From the sequence record OK272490.1: 64,000 bases of DNA. One strand, written 5' to 3'. Position 1 is the stretch's first letter; the number at the start of each line of letters is the position of its first letter. This stretch comes from Escherichia phage JLBYU32. Shown here piece by piece: positions 46,847 to 57,444 of this stretch. The position numbers and the translations under genes were made by a program. A model generated the notes under the pieces. It worked only from the letters and a program-made list of their open reading frames with translations. It was not told the origin of the DNA and ran no database searches.

Positions 46847-46875
46847 TTGACAATAGAGTATCAACAAATTAGAAT
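46847..46875 (+). promoter_or_regulatory. sigma70-like promoter (TTGACA-17-TAGAAT) upstream of SSB-like gene
   Basis: TTGACA 46847-46852, 17-nt spacer, TAGAAT 46870-46875. Confidence 0.45.
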
Positions 46876-46911
46876 TGGTACTCTTCATAAATTGAGATAG
46901 AGGTTTAAATA

Positions 46912-47769
46912 ATGTCTAAAGTTGTTAAAATGAAAGCTCCGGTAGAGAAGTACAATGGTACTGAACGTCAAACTCTGCGTTACCTTCTGAAAGATGTCTG
47001 GTTTTATTACCTGAACACTTCACCACGTCCGGGAAAAGGCAAGTCCATTGATAAGAAATTCCCAGGCAAAGACTGTAACTACAGCGTATCAATTCTGGCA
47101 GAAGACGGTAACAAACTGTTTAAAGAGTTTACTAAGTCTAAGAAAAACCCAGAAGGTTGGGATAAAGTTACTACTGAAGCAGTTGATGCAGATGACTTTG
47201 AAGAGAAGTTTGGTTGTAAACCACCTTTTGAAGCAGACACTTACTACATCTTGAAAGTAAGTCGTGCAGCAGCTTATAAAGATGGTGCTGTATGGACAGC
47301 TAAACAGTCATTCCCTGTAATGCTGATTGAAGAAGTAAACGGTAAGCGTGTAGCTGTTAAGCAGCCGATGAAGAAAATCAAAGCTCAAGCATCTGATAAA
47401 CATGAAGATGACAAGAACTATGACGTAATTCATCCAGATATTGCAGTTGGTAACGGTTCTTTTGGTAGTGTGATTCTTTCTACTCACTTCTACACTTTTG
47501 AGAACAATGTCTTGACAAAGCCTATTCAGGAACAGTTTATCATTGATACTCTTGTACCTTACACTGGTGGTAACGGTGCTAACGGTGAACCTGAACTGGA
47601 TGAAGATGAACTGGCTATGCTTGGTCTTGATGGTGTCGAAGATAACGGTGAAATCACTGAAGAAGACGCAAAAGACCACAAACCTTCGAATGATTCTGAT
47701 GATGGTGACGATGAAGATTTGCCAGACCCAGATGACGAAGAAGATGAAGACTTCGATACAGAAGACTAA
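46912..47769 (+). CDS. single-stranded DNA-binding protein-like, acidic C-terminal tail
   Basis: 285 aa; C-terminus DDGDDEDLPDPDDEEDEDFDTED typical of phage SSB tails; biased codon usage; next to primase-helicase. Confidence 0.45.
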   Translation: MSKVVKMKAPVEKYNGTERQTLRYLLKDVWFYYLNTSPRPGKGKSIDKKFPGKDCNYSVSILAEDGNKLFKEFTKSKKNPEGWDKVTTEAVDADDFEEKFGCKPPFEADTYYILKVSRAAAYKDGAVWTAKQSFPVMLIEEVNGKRVAVKQPMKKIKAQASDKHEDDKNYDVIHPDIAVGNGSFGSVILSTHFYTFENNVLTKPIQEQFIIDTLVPYTGGNGANGEPELDEDELAMLGLDGVEDNGEITEEDAKDHKPSNDSDDGDDEDLPDPDDEEDEDFDTED

Positions 47770-47786
47770 TCTCTAAAAGTTACTTT

Positions 47787-47816
47787 AAAGCCCTGTACTT
47801 AGTATGGGGCTTTTTC
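47787..47816 (+). terminator. rho-independent terminator
   Basis: aaagccc...ggggct hairpin followed by TTTTT. Confidence 0.45.
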
Positions 47817-47831
47817 ATATGGAGAGCCATA

Positions 47832-48872
47832 ATGGAGAAGTACACATTAACAAAACTTCCCGATTCAGTTACACATGTTTTTATTGACTCTGACAGTATT
47901 GCCTATAAAGGTGCTTGTGTAGTTGAGAAAGCAAAATATAAATACGTCAATAAACTTACAGCAGAAGAATCTGAACCATTTGATAATGCGAAAGATGCTG
48001 CAAGATGGTTAGCAGACCAGAGAATCCTTGTGGAAGAGCTTGGCCTGACATTTGATGAAGATGAATGGGAAAGGCAGACTTGGAAAGAAGCTAAGAGTGA
48101 AAAAGAAGCTATCATGGCTACTCAGCAGGTTCTTCAGGAATGGCTTAAGATTGTTGGTAAAGAAAGAACTTGGGTAGGCTATTTAACAGAGAAAGGTGTG
48201 CATAAACATAAAGACATTAAAGGTCTTGAGCACCAATATCAAGGTAACCGTAAAGATGCTGTCACACCAACACACTTAGTCGCTTGTCGTGAATATCTTC
48301 TGTCAAGACCAGAGTTCAAATTGATTCTTGATGGATTTGAAGCTGACTCTATCGTTATTGCTAAAGCTGAAAAGATGGGTAAAAAGGCTGCCTTAATGAG
48401 CATTGATAAAGACCTTCGCCAAGCTGAAGGCACTTACTGCATTGATATGACCTATGAAAAATCACCTTTAATTTTTATTGCTGATAACAATGTTGGTGAA
48501 ATTTGGGATTGCCCAATAAAATCGACACCAAAAGCCAAGAAGACAGTTGGGGTAGGTTTTAAATTTCTTTGTTACCAAGCTGTGGCTGGTGATAATGCGG
48601 ATAACTATTTTGGTTTAAAGGGCGTTGGTAAGGTTGCTGTAATGAAAGCCCTTGAAGGTAAAACCACCTACAAAGAGTGTCTTGATGCAATTTATGAGCT
48701 TTATGCTAAGAAAGAGTCATACACTTATGTCTCGTGGGATGGTCAAACAATTACCAGAACACCTTTAGAGTTAATGCAGCAACACTTTTTCTTAGCTTAT
48801 CAGGAAAGAAATAAGAAAGACGATTTCACTTTTAAGAAATATAATTGGGAGCCTTGTATGAATGAAGATTAA
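47832..48872 (+). CDS. RNase H / flap endonuclease-like 5'-3' exonuclease
   Basis: 346 aa; N-terminal VFIDSDSIAY resembles T4 RNase H LIDFSQIA metal-site motif; low certainty. Confidence 0.35.
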   Translation: MEKYTLTKLPDSVTHVFIDSDSIAYKGACVVEKAKYKYVNKLTAEESEPFDNAKDAARWLADQRILVEELGLTFDEDEWERQTWKEAKSEKEAIMATQQVLQEWLKIVGKERTWVGYLTEKGVHKHKDIKGLEHQYQGNRKDAVTPTHLVACREYLLSRPEFKLILDGFEADSIVIAKAEKMGKKAALMSIDKDLRQAEGTYCIDMTYEKSPLIFIADNNVGEIWDCPIKSTPKAKKTVGVGFKFLCYQAVAGDNADNYFGLKGVGKVAVMKALEGKTTYKECLDAIYELYAKKESYTYVSWDGQTITRTPLELMQQHFFLAYQERNKKDDFTFKKYNWEPCMNED

Positions 48873-49359
48873 AGGTTTTGGTAATTGCCCCACCTATGGT
48901 CATTGGGTATCTTTATGTGGGGAAGTTGACCCCACTAAACATTTTGGTTTTGTCTATTTAGTACACTGTAAGAAAACCGGACAATATTATATAGGAAAGA
49001 AACAGCTTAACAGTGTGACCAAAAGAAAAGTTGCTGGGAAGACTCGGAAGAAGATAGTCACTAAGGAAAGTGATTGGATGACTTACGAGACTTCTTCTGA
49101 GTATATTAAAAAAGATATTGAGAGCTTTGGAAAAGAATTTTTTGACTTTTACATTATTCAGACCTACTACACAAAAGGTGGTCTAGTTTATGGTGAAGCA
49201 AACCTTCAACATAAATTCGATGTAATGACAAAAAGGATTGACTCTAAGCTCAGACTCTTCTACAATGCCAATATTGCAGCAATTAAGTTTATTACTAAAG
49301 AAACTTATGAAGATGCTGAAAAAAGAATCCATAAGGTAATGAAAGCAAATTGTGCTTGA
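48862..49359 (+). CDS. GIY-YIG domain nuclease-like protein
   Basis: 165 aa; FVYLVHCKKTGQYYIGKK matches GIY-(10-11)-YIG spacing. Confidence 0.45.
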   Translation: MKIKGFGNCPTYGHWVSLCGEVDPTKHFGFVYLVHCKKTGQYYIGKKQLNSVTKRKVAGKTRKKIVTKESDWMTYETSSEYIKKDIESFGKEFFDFYIIQTYYTKGGLVYGEANLQHKFDVMTKRIDSKLRLFYNANIAAIKFITKETYEDAEKRIHKVMKANCA

Positions 49360-49380
49360 TAACTATTGAGAGAGAATAAA

Positions 49381-49629
49381 ATGTTTAACAAAAGCAAAGC
49401 TGTGAGTCATGTAGCAAAAGTTGACAGTAAGATTGAAGAACTTGAGCGCATTCTTGCAAATGCTAGAGAATCAATAATTAAAGAAGTTGAAGCTGTTGAA
49501 TCACAAATGCAGCACCTAATGCTTAAACGTCAAGAGCTACGTGAGCATCTAGAATATATTGAAACACGAGAGCTAAAAGTTAACAGATATTTTAAGGAGT
49601 CCGAATGTTTAACTCAAGAGAATCAGTAA
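49381..49629 (+). CDS. hypothetical coiled-coil protein
   Basis: Track ORF starts at TTG 49366; first ATG 49381 with gagagag SD. Confidence 0.35.
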   Translation: MFNKSKAVSHVAKVDSKIEELERILANARESIIKEVEAVESQMQHLMLKRQELREHLEYIETRELKVNRYFKESECLTQENQ

Positions 49630-50360
49630 AAAACTGGAACCTTCGTTGTGGAAACACTCAAAAGCAACCTTACAGTAATGAGTATTGGGAATCTTTAAAA
49701 TCTCAATCTCTGTGTATGCTTGAAGAAGCAAAAGAACTTGTAAAAGCAATTGAAGAGAAAGACCCCATTGAGACACTGGATGCTCAGGCAGATTTACAAT
49801 ATGTTCTTGACGGTTTGATTTACCTGTCACAACATGACCATAATGGTGCTATGGAAGCTGTTTGCCATAATAATGACCTGAAGTACACAGATGACTATGA
49901 AGAAGCTTTAAAACGTCTTGCAGATATTGAGAAGCGTACTGGTCAAGAGTGTATCATCAGAATGTCAGTAGTTGATGGTAAAGAGTGGTATGCGATTGTT
50001 CGTGCAGCCGATGGTAAGATTATGAAGCAGTCTAATCTTCCTAAAGTGCAGCTTGGTGAATACATTGTAGAACTTGAAAGCCAAGAACTTTTTGTGGTAG
50101 TATCTGAGACATGCGTTATCTGCAAAGGTATTGTAGGTAGCTTAAAGGATTTGGGTGTAGATGGTTTTGTAGAAGTTAATCCAATTACCTCTAAAGCAGA
50201 TAAAGATTTCTGTAAAGAGAACGGACTATGGATTGCAGATATTGTCTACTATGATGGTGAGCAGTTCCATGTAACCTCATACCCGAAACTGAATTATGAT
50301 GCTAATAACCTGAAGTGCTGGTTAAAAGGGGTTGGTTATAATGGATTCACAGAACATTAA
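49605..50360 (+). CDS. MazG-like NTP pyrophosphohydrolase domain protein (tentative)
   Basis: 251 aa; EEAKELVKAIEEKDPIETLDAQADLQYVLDGL helical acidic pattern; aaggag SD. Confidence 0.3.
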   Translation: MFNSRESVKNWNLRCGNTQKQPYSNEYWESLKSQSLCMLEEAKELVKAIEEKDPIETLDAQADLQYVLDGLIYLSQHDHNGAMEAVCHNNDLKYTDDYEEALKRLADIEKRTGQECIIRMSVVDGKEWYAIVRAADGKIMKQSNLPKVQLGEYIVELESQELFVVVSETCVICKGIVGSLKDLGVDGFVEVNPITSKADKDFCKENGLWIADIVYYDGEQFHVTSYPKLNYDANNLKCWLKGVGYNGFTEH

Positions 50361-50664
50361 TAAAGAGGGTGTGGCTCAGAAGAGCCACTTCTCAAACTAC
50401 AATATTTCTATGACGGTGTTTATGAATGACCCGTTACTAGAAAAATATGGTGAGACTCCAGATACACTTCTGGACAATGAACAAGTTTTAAAAGCAGTCC
50501 TGTACAAATACGGGATTGATATTGAGAAAGAGTATTCCTTTGAAATCTGCCAACACAGGAATACTTTCGGTAAAGTTGTGATGGCTCCACTCTTTATGGG
50601 TGTAGAAAGGACTGACTATGGTTGGTTGTATCTAAAAAGAAACTTGGAGAAATACCGTGTCTAA
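50341..50664 (+). CDS. hypothetical protein
   Basis: Start set at second ATG (aagggg SD). Confidence 0.35.
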   Translation: MDSQNINKEGVAQKSHFSNYNISMTVFMNDPLLEKYGETPDTLLDNEQVLKAVLYKYGIDIEKEYSFEICQHRNTFGKVVMAPLFMGVERTDYGWLYLKRNLEKYRV

Positions 50665-50992
50665 AGCAAAAAAGCTATCTTATGATGACATTATCTCAGG
50701 TGTTAAGCTAGGTGTTGACAGCATCGGACAAGACGTTAAGCACGGAGACACAGTTATGTACTGTGATGACCGAAGAGGTAGAAGTGCAATCTTGTTTGGA
50801 AGAATTGTTTGCAAGATGCGAGGTAACTACGTTGTTGCAGACATGGATGTGAACGTTACACAAAAACTTGAAACACTTATGGATAACCACACGCCATCAT
50901 GGTTCCTGAATTGTATGCACACTTCTTCAGTCACAAAGGTAAGTGATAAGTTTTACGATATGTGGCAGAATGAGCAAATTTTCAAGATTTAA
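50657..50992 (+). CDS. hypothetical protein
   Basis: 111 aa ORF. Confidence 0.35.
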   Translation: MSKAKKLSYDDIISGVKLGVDSIGQDVKHGDTVMYCDDRRGRSAILFGRIVCKMRGNYVVADMDVNVTQKLETLMDNHTPSWFLNCMHTSSVTKVSDKFYDMWQNEQIFKI

Positions 50993-50996
50993 ACTA

Positions 50997-51020
50997 GGGA
51001 GCCTCTTCGGAGGCTCTTTT
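50997..51020 (+). terminator. rho-independent terminator
   Basis: gggagcctc-ttcg-gaggctc followed by TTTT. Confidence 0.55.
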
Positions 51021-51038
51021 CATCTGTAGGATTCGAAA

Positions 51039-53273
51039 ATGATTAAGACAATTAAAAAATCAAACGGTACAGTAGTAAACTTTGACCCAGAAAGACTGAA
51101 TAAGTGGGCATCATGGGCAGATAAGCGTGGAATTATCTGGTCAGAAGTCACTATGGAAGCTATGAAACGTGTCTATGAAGGTTGCACTACAAAAGAGATG
51201 CACCAAGCCATGATTGATGTTTGTGTTGATAAACAAACTCAAGAATACTCAGATATGGCTGGACGGCTACTTCTGGGTATTATCTACAAAGAAGCCTTTG
51301 GAGGCTTTACTAAGGTTCCTACGCTGATTACCTTCGTTAAAAATATGGAGAGAGCAGGACTTTGGGAGAAGATGGATTATTCACAGGAAGAGCTTGAATA
51401 TCTGCAAGGTTACATCGTACACTCAAAAGATATCTCTTACGGCTATGCAGTATTGAAACAGTTCAGAGACAAGTATGGTATCCGTGATATTAAAACTGGA
51501 AGACTTTTTGAGTCACCACAATTTATGTTTATGGGCATGGCTATGAAAGCCTTTGAGAAGCAACCAAAGCACCGTAGACTACAAGATGTTATCAAGCTGT
51601 ACACTTACCTATCTGACCTGAAGATTAACGCTCCTACGCCTTATTTAAACGGTTTAAGAGCAACTAAATCAGGCTATGCGTCATGCTGTTTGATTAAGGC
51701 AAATGATACTGCTGAATCACTTGGTATTGCTGCAAAGGTTGCTTATGACATGACTACAAAGCAAGCTGGTATTGGTATGCTGATGGAGACTCGCACTATT
51801 GGTGATGGTATCCGTCAAAATACTATTGAGCACATGGGTAAGCTACCTTATTACAAGCTTGTACGTTCATCTGTAGAGGCAAACAAACAGAAGAGTCGTG
51901 GTGGTTCAGCTAATAACTTCTACACTGCTCTAGACCCGCAGATTGAAGATTTACTGCGTTTGAAGCACCCTACAACGGTTCCTTCTAAACGTATTAATGA
52001 GATGGACTACTCATTCGGCACAAACGATTATTTCTGGCAGTGTGTTCAGTATGATACGGATTGGTTGCTATTCTCTTACAAAGATGCACCAAAACTCTAT
52101 GACATGTTCTACACAGCATCTGCTGATGAGTTTGCTATGGCAGTTGGTCACGCAGTACATTCAGGAGTTAAGCACAGACGAGTCAAGGCTCGTGAAATTG
52201 CTAAGCTGTTTATTCAACAGCGTTATGCTACAGGTCGTGTGTATCCATTCTTCACTAACAATGCAAACACGCATACACCATTTAAAGAACCATTGAAGAT
52301 GTCAAATCTTTGCATGGAAATTGTGTTACCAGTGTATGGTTTTGAGAAAGAGACAGACCTTTACAGAGACGATGCTGTGAAAGAGGATGGTGAGGTGGCT
52401 CTTTGCTTCCTAGCTAGTTTGGTTGCAGGGAGAATTTCAGAAGATGAATACGCTGACGTTGCTTATTATGCTCTTGCAATGGTTGACTCCGTTATTGACC
52501 TTATGGATTATCCGTATCCGTCGATGCGTAACCATGTTCAGAAGCGTCGTTCTGTTGGGATTGGCCTTACAAATGTGGCTCATTACCTTGCGAAGAACTA
52601 CGTGAACTACTCTTCACGAGCAGGTAAGACAAAGCTTCATGAACTTGCAGAGATGCACTCTTACTACTTACACGAAGCCTCTCTGAGACTTGCTAAAGAA
52701 CGTGGTGTACCTGAGTATATGCAGTTCACTAAGTATCCTGAAGGCTGGGTTCCTCCAAAGACAGCTAACAAGAAGATTGATGAAAAGCATGATGCAAAAC
52801 TACGATATGATTGGGATGACTTAGCACAACGTATCAAAGAAAATGGTGGAATCCGAAACTCTGTATTAGAAGCTTACATGCCTAATGAGAGTTCTTCACT
52901 AGCAACTAATACGACAAATGGCTTGTACCCAATTCGTGACTTTATTTTAACTAAAAAGTCTGCAACTGGTAACGTACTGTTTATTGTTCCAGATTATGAA
53001 GAACTGAAGTATGTCTATGAAATTGCTTGGGATATTGACACCTTTGATATGATTGATTGTTATGCAATTGTTCAAAAGTTCACTGGTCAGGCTATCTCTT
53101 CAGACTTCTATGTTGACTATGCAAAGTCTAAGAAGGTATCATTGGCTCAAGCTTTGAAGTACATGATTTATGCCAACTCGGTAGGTATGAAAACCATGTA
53201 CTACCTTAACAGTCGCATTGGTGTAGGTAAATCTGCACTGCAAGATGCTTATTGCGAGGGTTGTGGTGTTTAG
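51039..53273 (+). CDS. nrdA: ribonucleotide reductase class I large subunit
   Basis: 744 aa; N-terminal ATP-cone-like segment, catalytic SNLCMEI motif, C-terminal CEGCG cysteines. Confidence 0.8.
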   Translation: MIKTIKKSNGTVVNFDPERLNKWASWADKRGIIWSEVTMEAMKRVYEGCTTKEMHQAMIDVCVDKQTQEYSDMAGRLLLGIIYKEAFGGFTKVPTLITFVKNMERAGLWEKMDYSQEELEYLQGYIVHSKDISYGYAVLKQFRDKYGIRDIKTGRLFESPQFMFMGMAMKAFEKQPKHRRLQDVIKLYTYLSDLKINAPTPYLNGLRATKSGYASCCLIKANDTAESLGIAAKVAYDMTTKQAGIGMLMETRTIGDGIRQNTIEHMGKLPYYKLVRSSVEANKQKSRGGSANNFYTALDPQIEDLLRLKHPTTVPSKRINEMDYSFGTNDYFWQCVQYDTDWLLFSYKDAPKLYDMFYTASADEFAMAVGHAVHSGVKHRRVKAREIAKLFIQQRYATGRVYPFFTNNANTHTPFKEPLKMSNLCMEIVLPVYGFEKETDLYRDDAVKEDGEVALCFLASLVAGRISEDEYADVAYYALAMVDSVIDLMDYPYPSMRNHVQKRRSVGIGLTNVAHYLAKNYVNYSSRAGKTKLHELAEMHSYYLHEASLRLAKERGVPEYMQFTKYPEGWVPPKTANKKIDEKHDAKLRYDWDDLAQRIKENGGIRNSVLEAYMPNESSSLATNTTNGLYPIRDFILTKKSATGNVLFIVPDYEELKYVYEIAWDIDTFDMIDCYAIVQKFTGQAISSDFYVDYAKSKKVSLAQALKYMIYANSVGMKTMYYLNSRIGVGKSALQDAYCEGCGV

Positions 53274-53328
53274 TTTTAACAACTATGAGGGTCGTAAAAG
53301 ACCCTCTAAAAATAACTTTGGAGAGAGT

Positions 53329-53586
53329 ATGAAGGACTTAATAGCAAATCATGAGTGGCCAATTTATCTGCTCTACAAACCTCGGAAAACGTTGTACTAT
53401 GTAAGTAGTACAGATATGATGATAAAACAAAATGATGACTCATGGGTCGATGGTGTGTCATACATCTCTACAGCAGATGGTAAAATCTATGCAAGACCAT
53501 ATGAGATGTTCAATGAAGAAAATTGGGAAGTTCTAGACCGAAAACAAGCCTTAGAAATGATAAAGAAAGGAGAAATCACGCTATGA
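53329..53586 (+). CDS. hypothetical small protein between nrdA and nrdB
   Basis: Track ORF 53245-53586 trimmed to ATG 53329 (ggagag SD) to avoid overlap with nrdA. Confidence 0.35.
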   Translation: MKDLIANHEWPIYLLYKPRKTLYYVSSTDMMIKQNDDSWVDGVSYISTADGKIYARPYEMFNEENWEVLDRKQALEMIKKGEITL

Positions 53587-54656
53587 TTAACCAGCACCCA
53601 ATCTTTTTAGGTGGTGAGAGAAAAACTTTTGACTCACTTAATAAACACTACCCAAAAATCTTTGAACTTTATAAACAACAAAAAGCACAAGACTGGTCAG
53701 AAGATGAGTTCCCTTTTGAACAATCACGTCTTGATTTTGAGAGTGTCCCAGCATCAATGTCAGGTGTAATGCTTGAGATTCTTAAGTGGCAATGGGAAGC
53801 GGATACTCAAGTTGCTAAGAGTTTGGCATTTGCCTTTGCACCCTTTATCTCTGACGACATCTATGCAACTGCAATTATGAAGCAGTCTGAGATTGAAAAC
53901 CTACATGCTCTTACTTACTCAGAGATTGTAAGACAATGTATTAAAAACCCTGAAACAATCTTAGATGAAATTAACCAGAATGTCGCTGTGCAAGACCGGT
54001 TAAAAACTGTGAATCGTGTTCTTGAAGAATTGCTGGATGAAGGTATAAACTATCGACTGAGTTATGTCCGTGACTCACTTCTGGACAAAGACCCTTTACA
54101 CTTCCATAAAGTGATTCTAAAAGGTCTATTTGCAGTGACTGCACTTGAAGGTATATCTTTTATGGCATCATTTGCATGTACTTTTGCACTTGATGCTCAA
54201 GATAAATTTCAGGGTATTGCTCAAGCTGTCCAGAAAATTATGCTTGATGAAATCCTTCACACTAAAATTGATATTGAAGTTTTAAAAGAAACTTTAAGAG
54301 ATGATGAGTGGCAGAAAGCTTTTCAACAAATTCTTCCAGAGATTAAAGTAATCTTAGATGAAGTAGTTGAAAGTGAAGAGAAATGGTCGTATTATATCTT
54401 CTCCGAAGGACGTGCTGTAGTTGGCCTAAATACAAAGCTTCTTCATGAGTGGGTTTACTATAATGCTGCCCCATTGTATGATATGTTTGGCATTCCCAGA
54501 GATTTTGTAGCTCCTAAAGAACCACCTTTGAAGTACATGATTAAGAAGATGGAAATTGATAAAGAGCAGAATGCTAATCAGGAGCAACAGAACGGTGCGT
54601 ACCTATTGAATACTGTTGTAGATGATTTGAATAGTGGATTTTTAGAGGTTCCTTAA
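53583..54656 (+). CDS. nrdB: ribonucleotide reductase class I small subunit
   Basis: 358 aa helical protein adjacent to nrdA; start at ATG 53583 with aaggag SD. Confidence 0.65.
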   Translation: MINQHPIFLGGERKTFDSLNKHYPKIFELYKQQKAQDWSEDEFPFEQSRLDFESVPASMSGVMLEILKWQWEADTQVAKSLAFAFAPFISDDIYATAIMKQSEIENLHALTYSEIVRQCIKNPETILDEINQNVAVQDRLKTVNRVLEELLDEGINYRLSYVRDSLLDKDPLHFHKVILKGLFAVTALEGISFMASFACTFALDAQDKFQGIAQAVQKIMLDEILHTKIDIEVLKETLRDDEWQKAFQQILPEIKVILDEVVESEEKWSYYIFSEGRAVVGLNTKLLHEWVYYNAAPLYDMFGIPRDFVAPKEPPLKYMIKKMEIDKEQNANQEQQNGAYLLNTVVDDLNSGFLEVP

Positions 54657-54898
54657 TGACTTATGTAATTTACTCCAAAACTGGATGCCCTCAGTGTGAT
54701 ACTGCAAAGAATTTTGCAAAAGCTCGTGGTATTGACCATGTTGTGAGAATGTTAGGGCAGGATTATGAACTGTCAGACCTGATGGATATTGCACAGATGC
54801 CAGTTCGTCAGATGCCATTCATCATGAAAACTGATGGTCAAAATCTAAAACCTGTTGGAACGCTACAGAATTTTATGGCAGAGGTGAATAATGCTTAA
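54656..54898 (+). CDS. nrdH: glutaredoxin-like protein NrdH
   Basis: 80 aa with CPQC redox motif near N-terminus. Confidence 0.65.
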   Translation: MTYVIYSKTGCPQCDTAKNFAKARGIDHVVRMLGQDYELSDLMDIAQMPVRQMPFIMKTDGQNLKPVGTLQNFMAEVNNA

Positions 54899-55097
54899 AC
54901 GCCTTTGGGAAGGCTTGGTTGTTGATGCACCAGCCATTGTGATTGGTATGCTTATTGTTAACCTATTTACTGATTTTGAACAAGGTTCATTGTTTGGAGC
55001 CATGTTACTATGGGTTATCTTTGAAATATTAGAGATACAGCTAGGCATCACTGAAAAACTAAGAGAACTCTTTTCGAAGTTTTCTAAAAAGATTTAA
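54891..55097 (+). CDS. small membrane protein
   Basis: 68 aa hydrophobic ORF. Confidence 0.3.
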   Translation: MLKRLWEGLVVDAPAIVIGMLIVNLFTDFEQGSLFGAMLLWVIFEILEIQLGITEKLRELFSKFSKKI

Positions 55098-55103
55098 AAT
55101 GAA

Positions 55104-55127
55104 AGGGTCTCTTCGGAGACCTTTTTA
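55104..55127 (+). terminator. rho-independent terminator
   Basis: agggtctc-ttcg-gagacct followed by TTTT. Confidence 0.55.
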
Positions 55128-55145
55128 GCATGTAAAGGGGCAATA

Positions 55146-57290
55146 ATGAACAAAGTACAGATTATTAAAAAGAATGGCTCACTTGAAGAACCTGATATCA
55201 AAAAAGTTTTAGCAGCAGTAACTAAGTCAGCTAACAGGGTTGGGTATAAAGAACTCCCACCAGATGTTACCCAAGCTCTTGAGTCAGCATTTATGAGGAT
55301 TCTGGTAAAGTCAACTAAGCAGAATAATTTACTCATCTCAGTCAATGATATTCACAGCATTGTTGAGGGTGCTTTGGCAGAAGTCAATCACGAGATTTAT
55401 GAGTCTTACTCAACATACAGAAATTACCGTAAAGAGGTTGCTCAAAATTGGGATGAACTCTACCAGAAGACTAAAGATACACTCTTCTTAGGTGACCGTG
55501 AAAATGCTAACTTTGACAGCAGTTTAATTTCTACGAAAGGTTCAATTATCCGTGGTTACCTGACTAAAGAAATCTTTAAACAGTATCATCTAACACCAGA
55601 GGAACTTGAAGCCATTGAAAAAGGGTTTATCTATATCCATGATTTAAGAGACCTGATTTTTGGTGGTATTAACTGTTGCCTGTTTGACATTGGTAAAGTA
55701 CTAAAAGGTGGCTTTGAAATGTCCGGCATTGAGTACTGTGAACCTAAATCTGTACTGTCAGCGTTGCAGGTTATTGGTGACGTAGTTCTTTCAGCAACTG
55801 CACAGCAATTTGGTGGCTTTACTTTAGCAGAGATTGATAAGGTACTTGTGCCGTATGCTAAGAAGTCTCTACGCTACCATGCTGAGAAAGCAGCATCTTA
55901 TGGTATTCCTAAAGAACATTACCACAATTATGTCATGGAGCAGCTACAAATTGAACTGACTCAAGGTTTCCAGTCACTTGAAATGAAACTAAACACTGTA
56001 CCTTGTAGCCGTGGGGATTTTGCATTCACAACTTTGACATTCGGGTTACTTGACTCAGATATGTCCAATGAAGATAACCGACTGCAATATATGATTGCAA
56101 GTACTCTCCTAGATGTTCGTATGAATGGACAAGGTAAGAGCAAGAAACCTGTTGTATTCCCTAAACTTGTTTATATTTATGACCAGAAGAGACATAATGA
56201 GAATATCTGTCAAGGCCACCTGTACAGTAAAGCTATAGAGTGTTGCTCTAAAGCAATGTATCCAGATTTCTTAAGTGTATCTGGTCATGGTGCTGTAGCA
56301 GAAGCTTTTGAGCGTTCTGGCAAGGTAATTTCGCCGATGGGTTGTAGAGCCTTCTTATCTCCATATCTTAATGAGGATGGGGAAGAGTTCTACGTTGGTC
56401 GTGCTAACATTGGTGCTGTATCTTTGAACTTACCAATGATTTACCAGTATTCTAAAGAGAATGGTTTAGATTTCTGGAAAGAGCTTGATAAGTACCTAGA
56501 GATGATTCGCAGCTTCCACAAGAAACGTTACGAAATGATTGCTAATATGCCAGCAAGTTCTAACCCTCTTGCATTCACACAAGGTGGTCTGTACAAAGGG
56601 ACTAAGAAACCTACTGACAGGGTTGGTTGGGATATTGTGAAATCCTTCACAGCTTCTTTTGGGGTTACTGCGCTTGATGAGCTATCTGTTCTTGCTGAAG
56701 GTAAACGACTTCATGAAGTTGGAAGCTGTAGTTTTGCATATGATGTTCTGGAATATATCAACATGAAGACTGAAGAGTTTAAAAATGAAGATGGCTTCTT
56801 ATATGCAGTCTATGGCACTCCAGCAGAATCACTTTGTGGAACTCAGCTAAAACAGTTCAGAGAAATGTTTGGTGTTATCAAAGGTGTCTCTGACAAGGAA
56901 TACTTTACAAATAGCTTCCATATGAATGTTGCAGCAGATATCTCACCATTTGAGAAGCAGGACTTAGAAGAACCCTTCTTCCATATCTGTAGAGGTGGCA
57001 GAATCCAGTATGTAAGGGTAGCTAACCCAGAAAACTTAACAGCACTTAAAAGTTGTATTACAAGAGGGATGTTGAAAGGTTTCTATCAGGGACTTAACTT
57101 TGACTTAGCAATCTGTGAACATTGTGGTAACAGACCAAAGGCTGATGTTGAAGAATGTGAGGTTTGTCATTCACATGATATCTCTGTGATTAACAGGGTT
57201 TGCGGGTACTTGTCATTCACAAAAATTAAAGGCCAGTCTCGAATGAATGACGCTAAGATGGCAGAAATTAAGGATAGGGTTTCTATGTAA
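55146..57290 (+). CDS. nrdD: anaerobic ribonucleotide reductase (class III)
   Basis: 714 aa; N-terminal ATP-cone, C-terminal CxxC cluster and glycyl-radical motif NRVCGYLS. Confidence 0.8.
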   Translation: MNKVQIIKKNGSLEEPDIKKVLAAVTKSANRVGYKELPPDVTQALESAFMRILVKSTKQNNLLISVNDIHSIVEGALAEVNHEIYESYSTYRNYRKEVAQNWDELYQKTKDTLFLGDRENANFDSSLISTKGSIIRGYLTKEIFKQYHLTPEELEAIEKGFIYIHDLRDLIFGGINCCLFDIGKVLKGGFEMSGIEYCEPKSVLSALQVIGDVVLSATAQQFGGFTLAEIDKVLVPYAKKSLRYHAEKAASYGIPKEHYHNYVMEQLQIELTQGFQSLEMKLNTVPCSRGDFAFTTLTFGLLDSDMSNEDNRLQYMIASTLLDVRMNGQGKSKKPVVFPKLVYIYDQKRHNENICQGHLYSKAIECCSKAMYPDFLSVSGHGAVAEAFERSGKVISPMGCRAFLSPYLNEDGEEFYVGRANIGAVSLNLPMIYQYSKENGLDFWKELDKYLEMIRSFHKKRYEMIANMPASSNPLAFTQGGLYKGTKKPTDRVGWDIVKSFTASFGVTALDELSVLAEGKRLHEVGSCSFAYDVLEYINMKTEEFKNEDGFLYAVYGTPAESLCGTQLKQFREMFGVIKGVSDKEYFTNSFHMNVAADISPFEKQDLEEPFFHICRGGRIQYVRVANPENLTALKSCITRGMLKGFYQGLNFDLAICEHCGNRPKADVEECEVCHSHDISVINRVCGYLSFTKIKGQSRMNDAKMAEIKDRVSM

Positions 57291-57444
57291 AACTTGACAT
57301 GGTGGTGTGAGTCTTGATAGGCTTACATCACCTTTTTTATTGGATGTTAGATATGGCAGAGAGTATTATTGGGTTGTTCATAGGTTCTGTCTTACTAGGG
57401 TTCTTTTTAGGACTCTCTTATTGTGAATTAAGAGGCAAGTTAAA

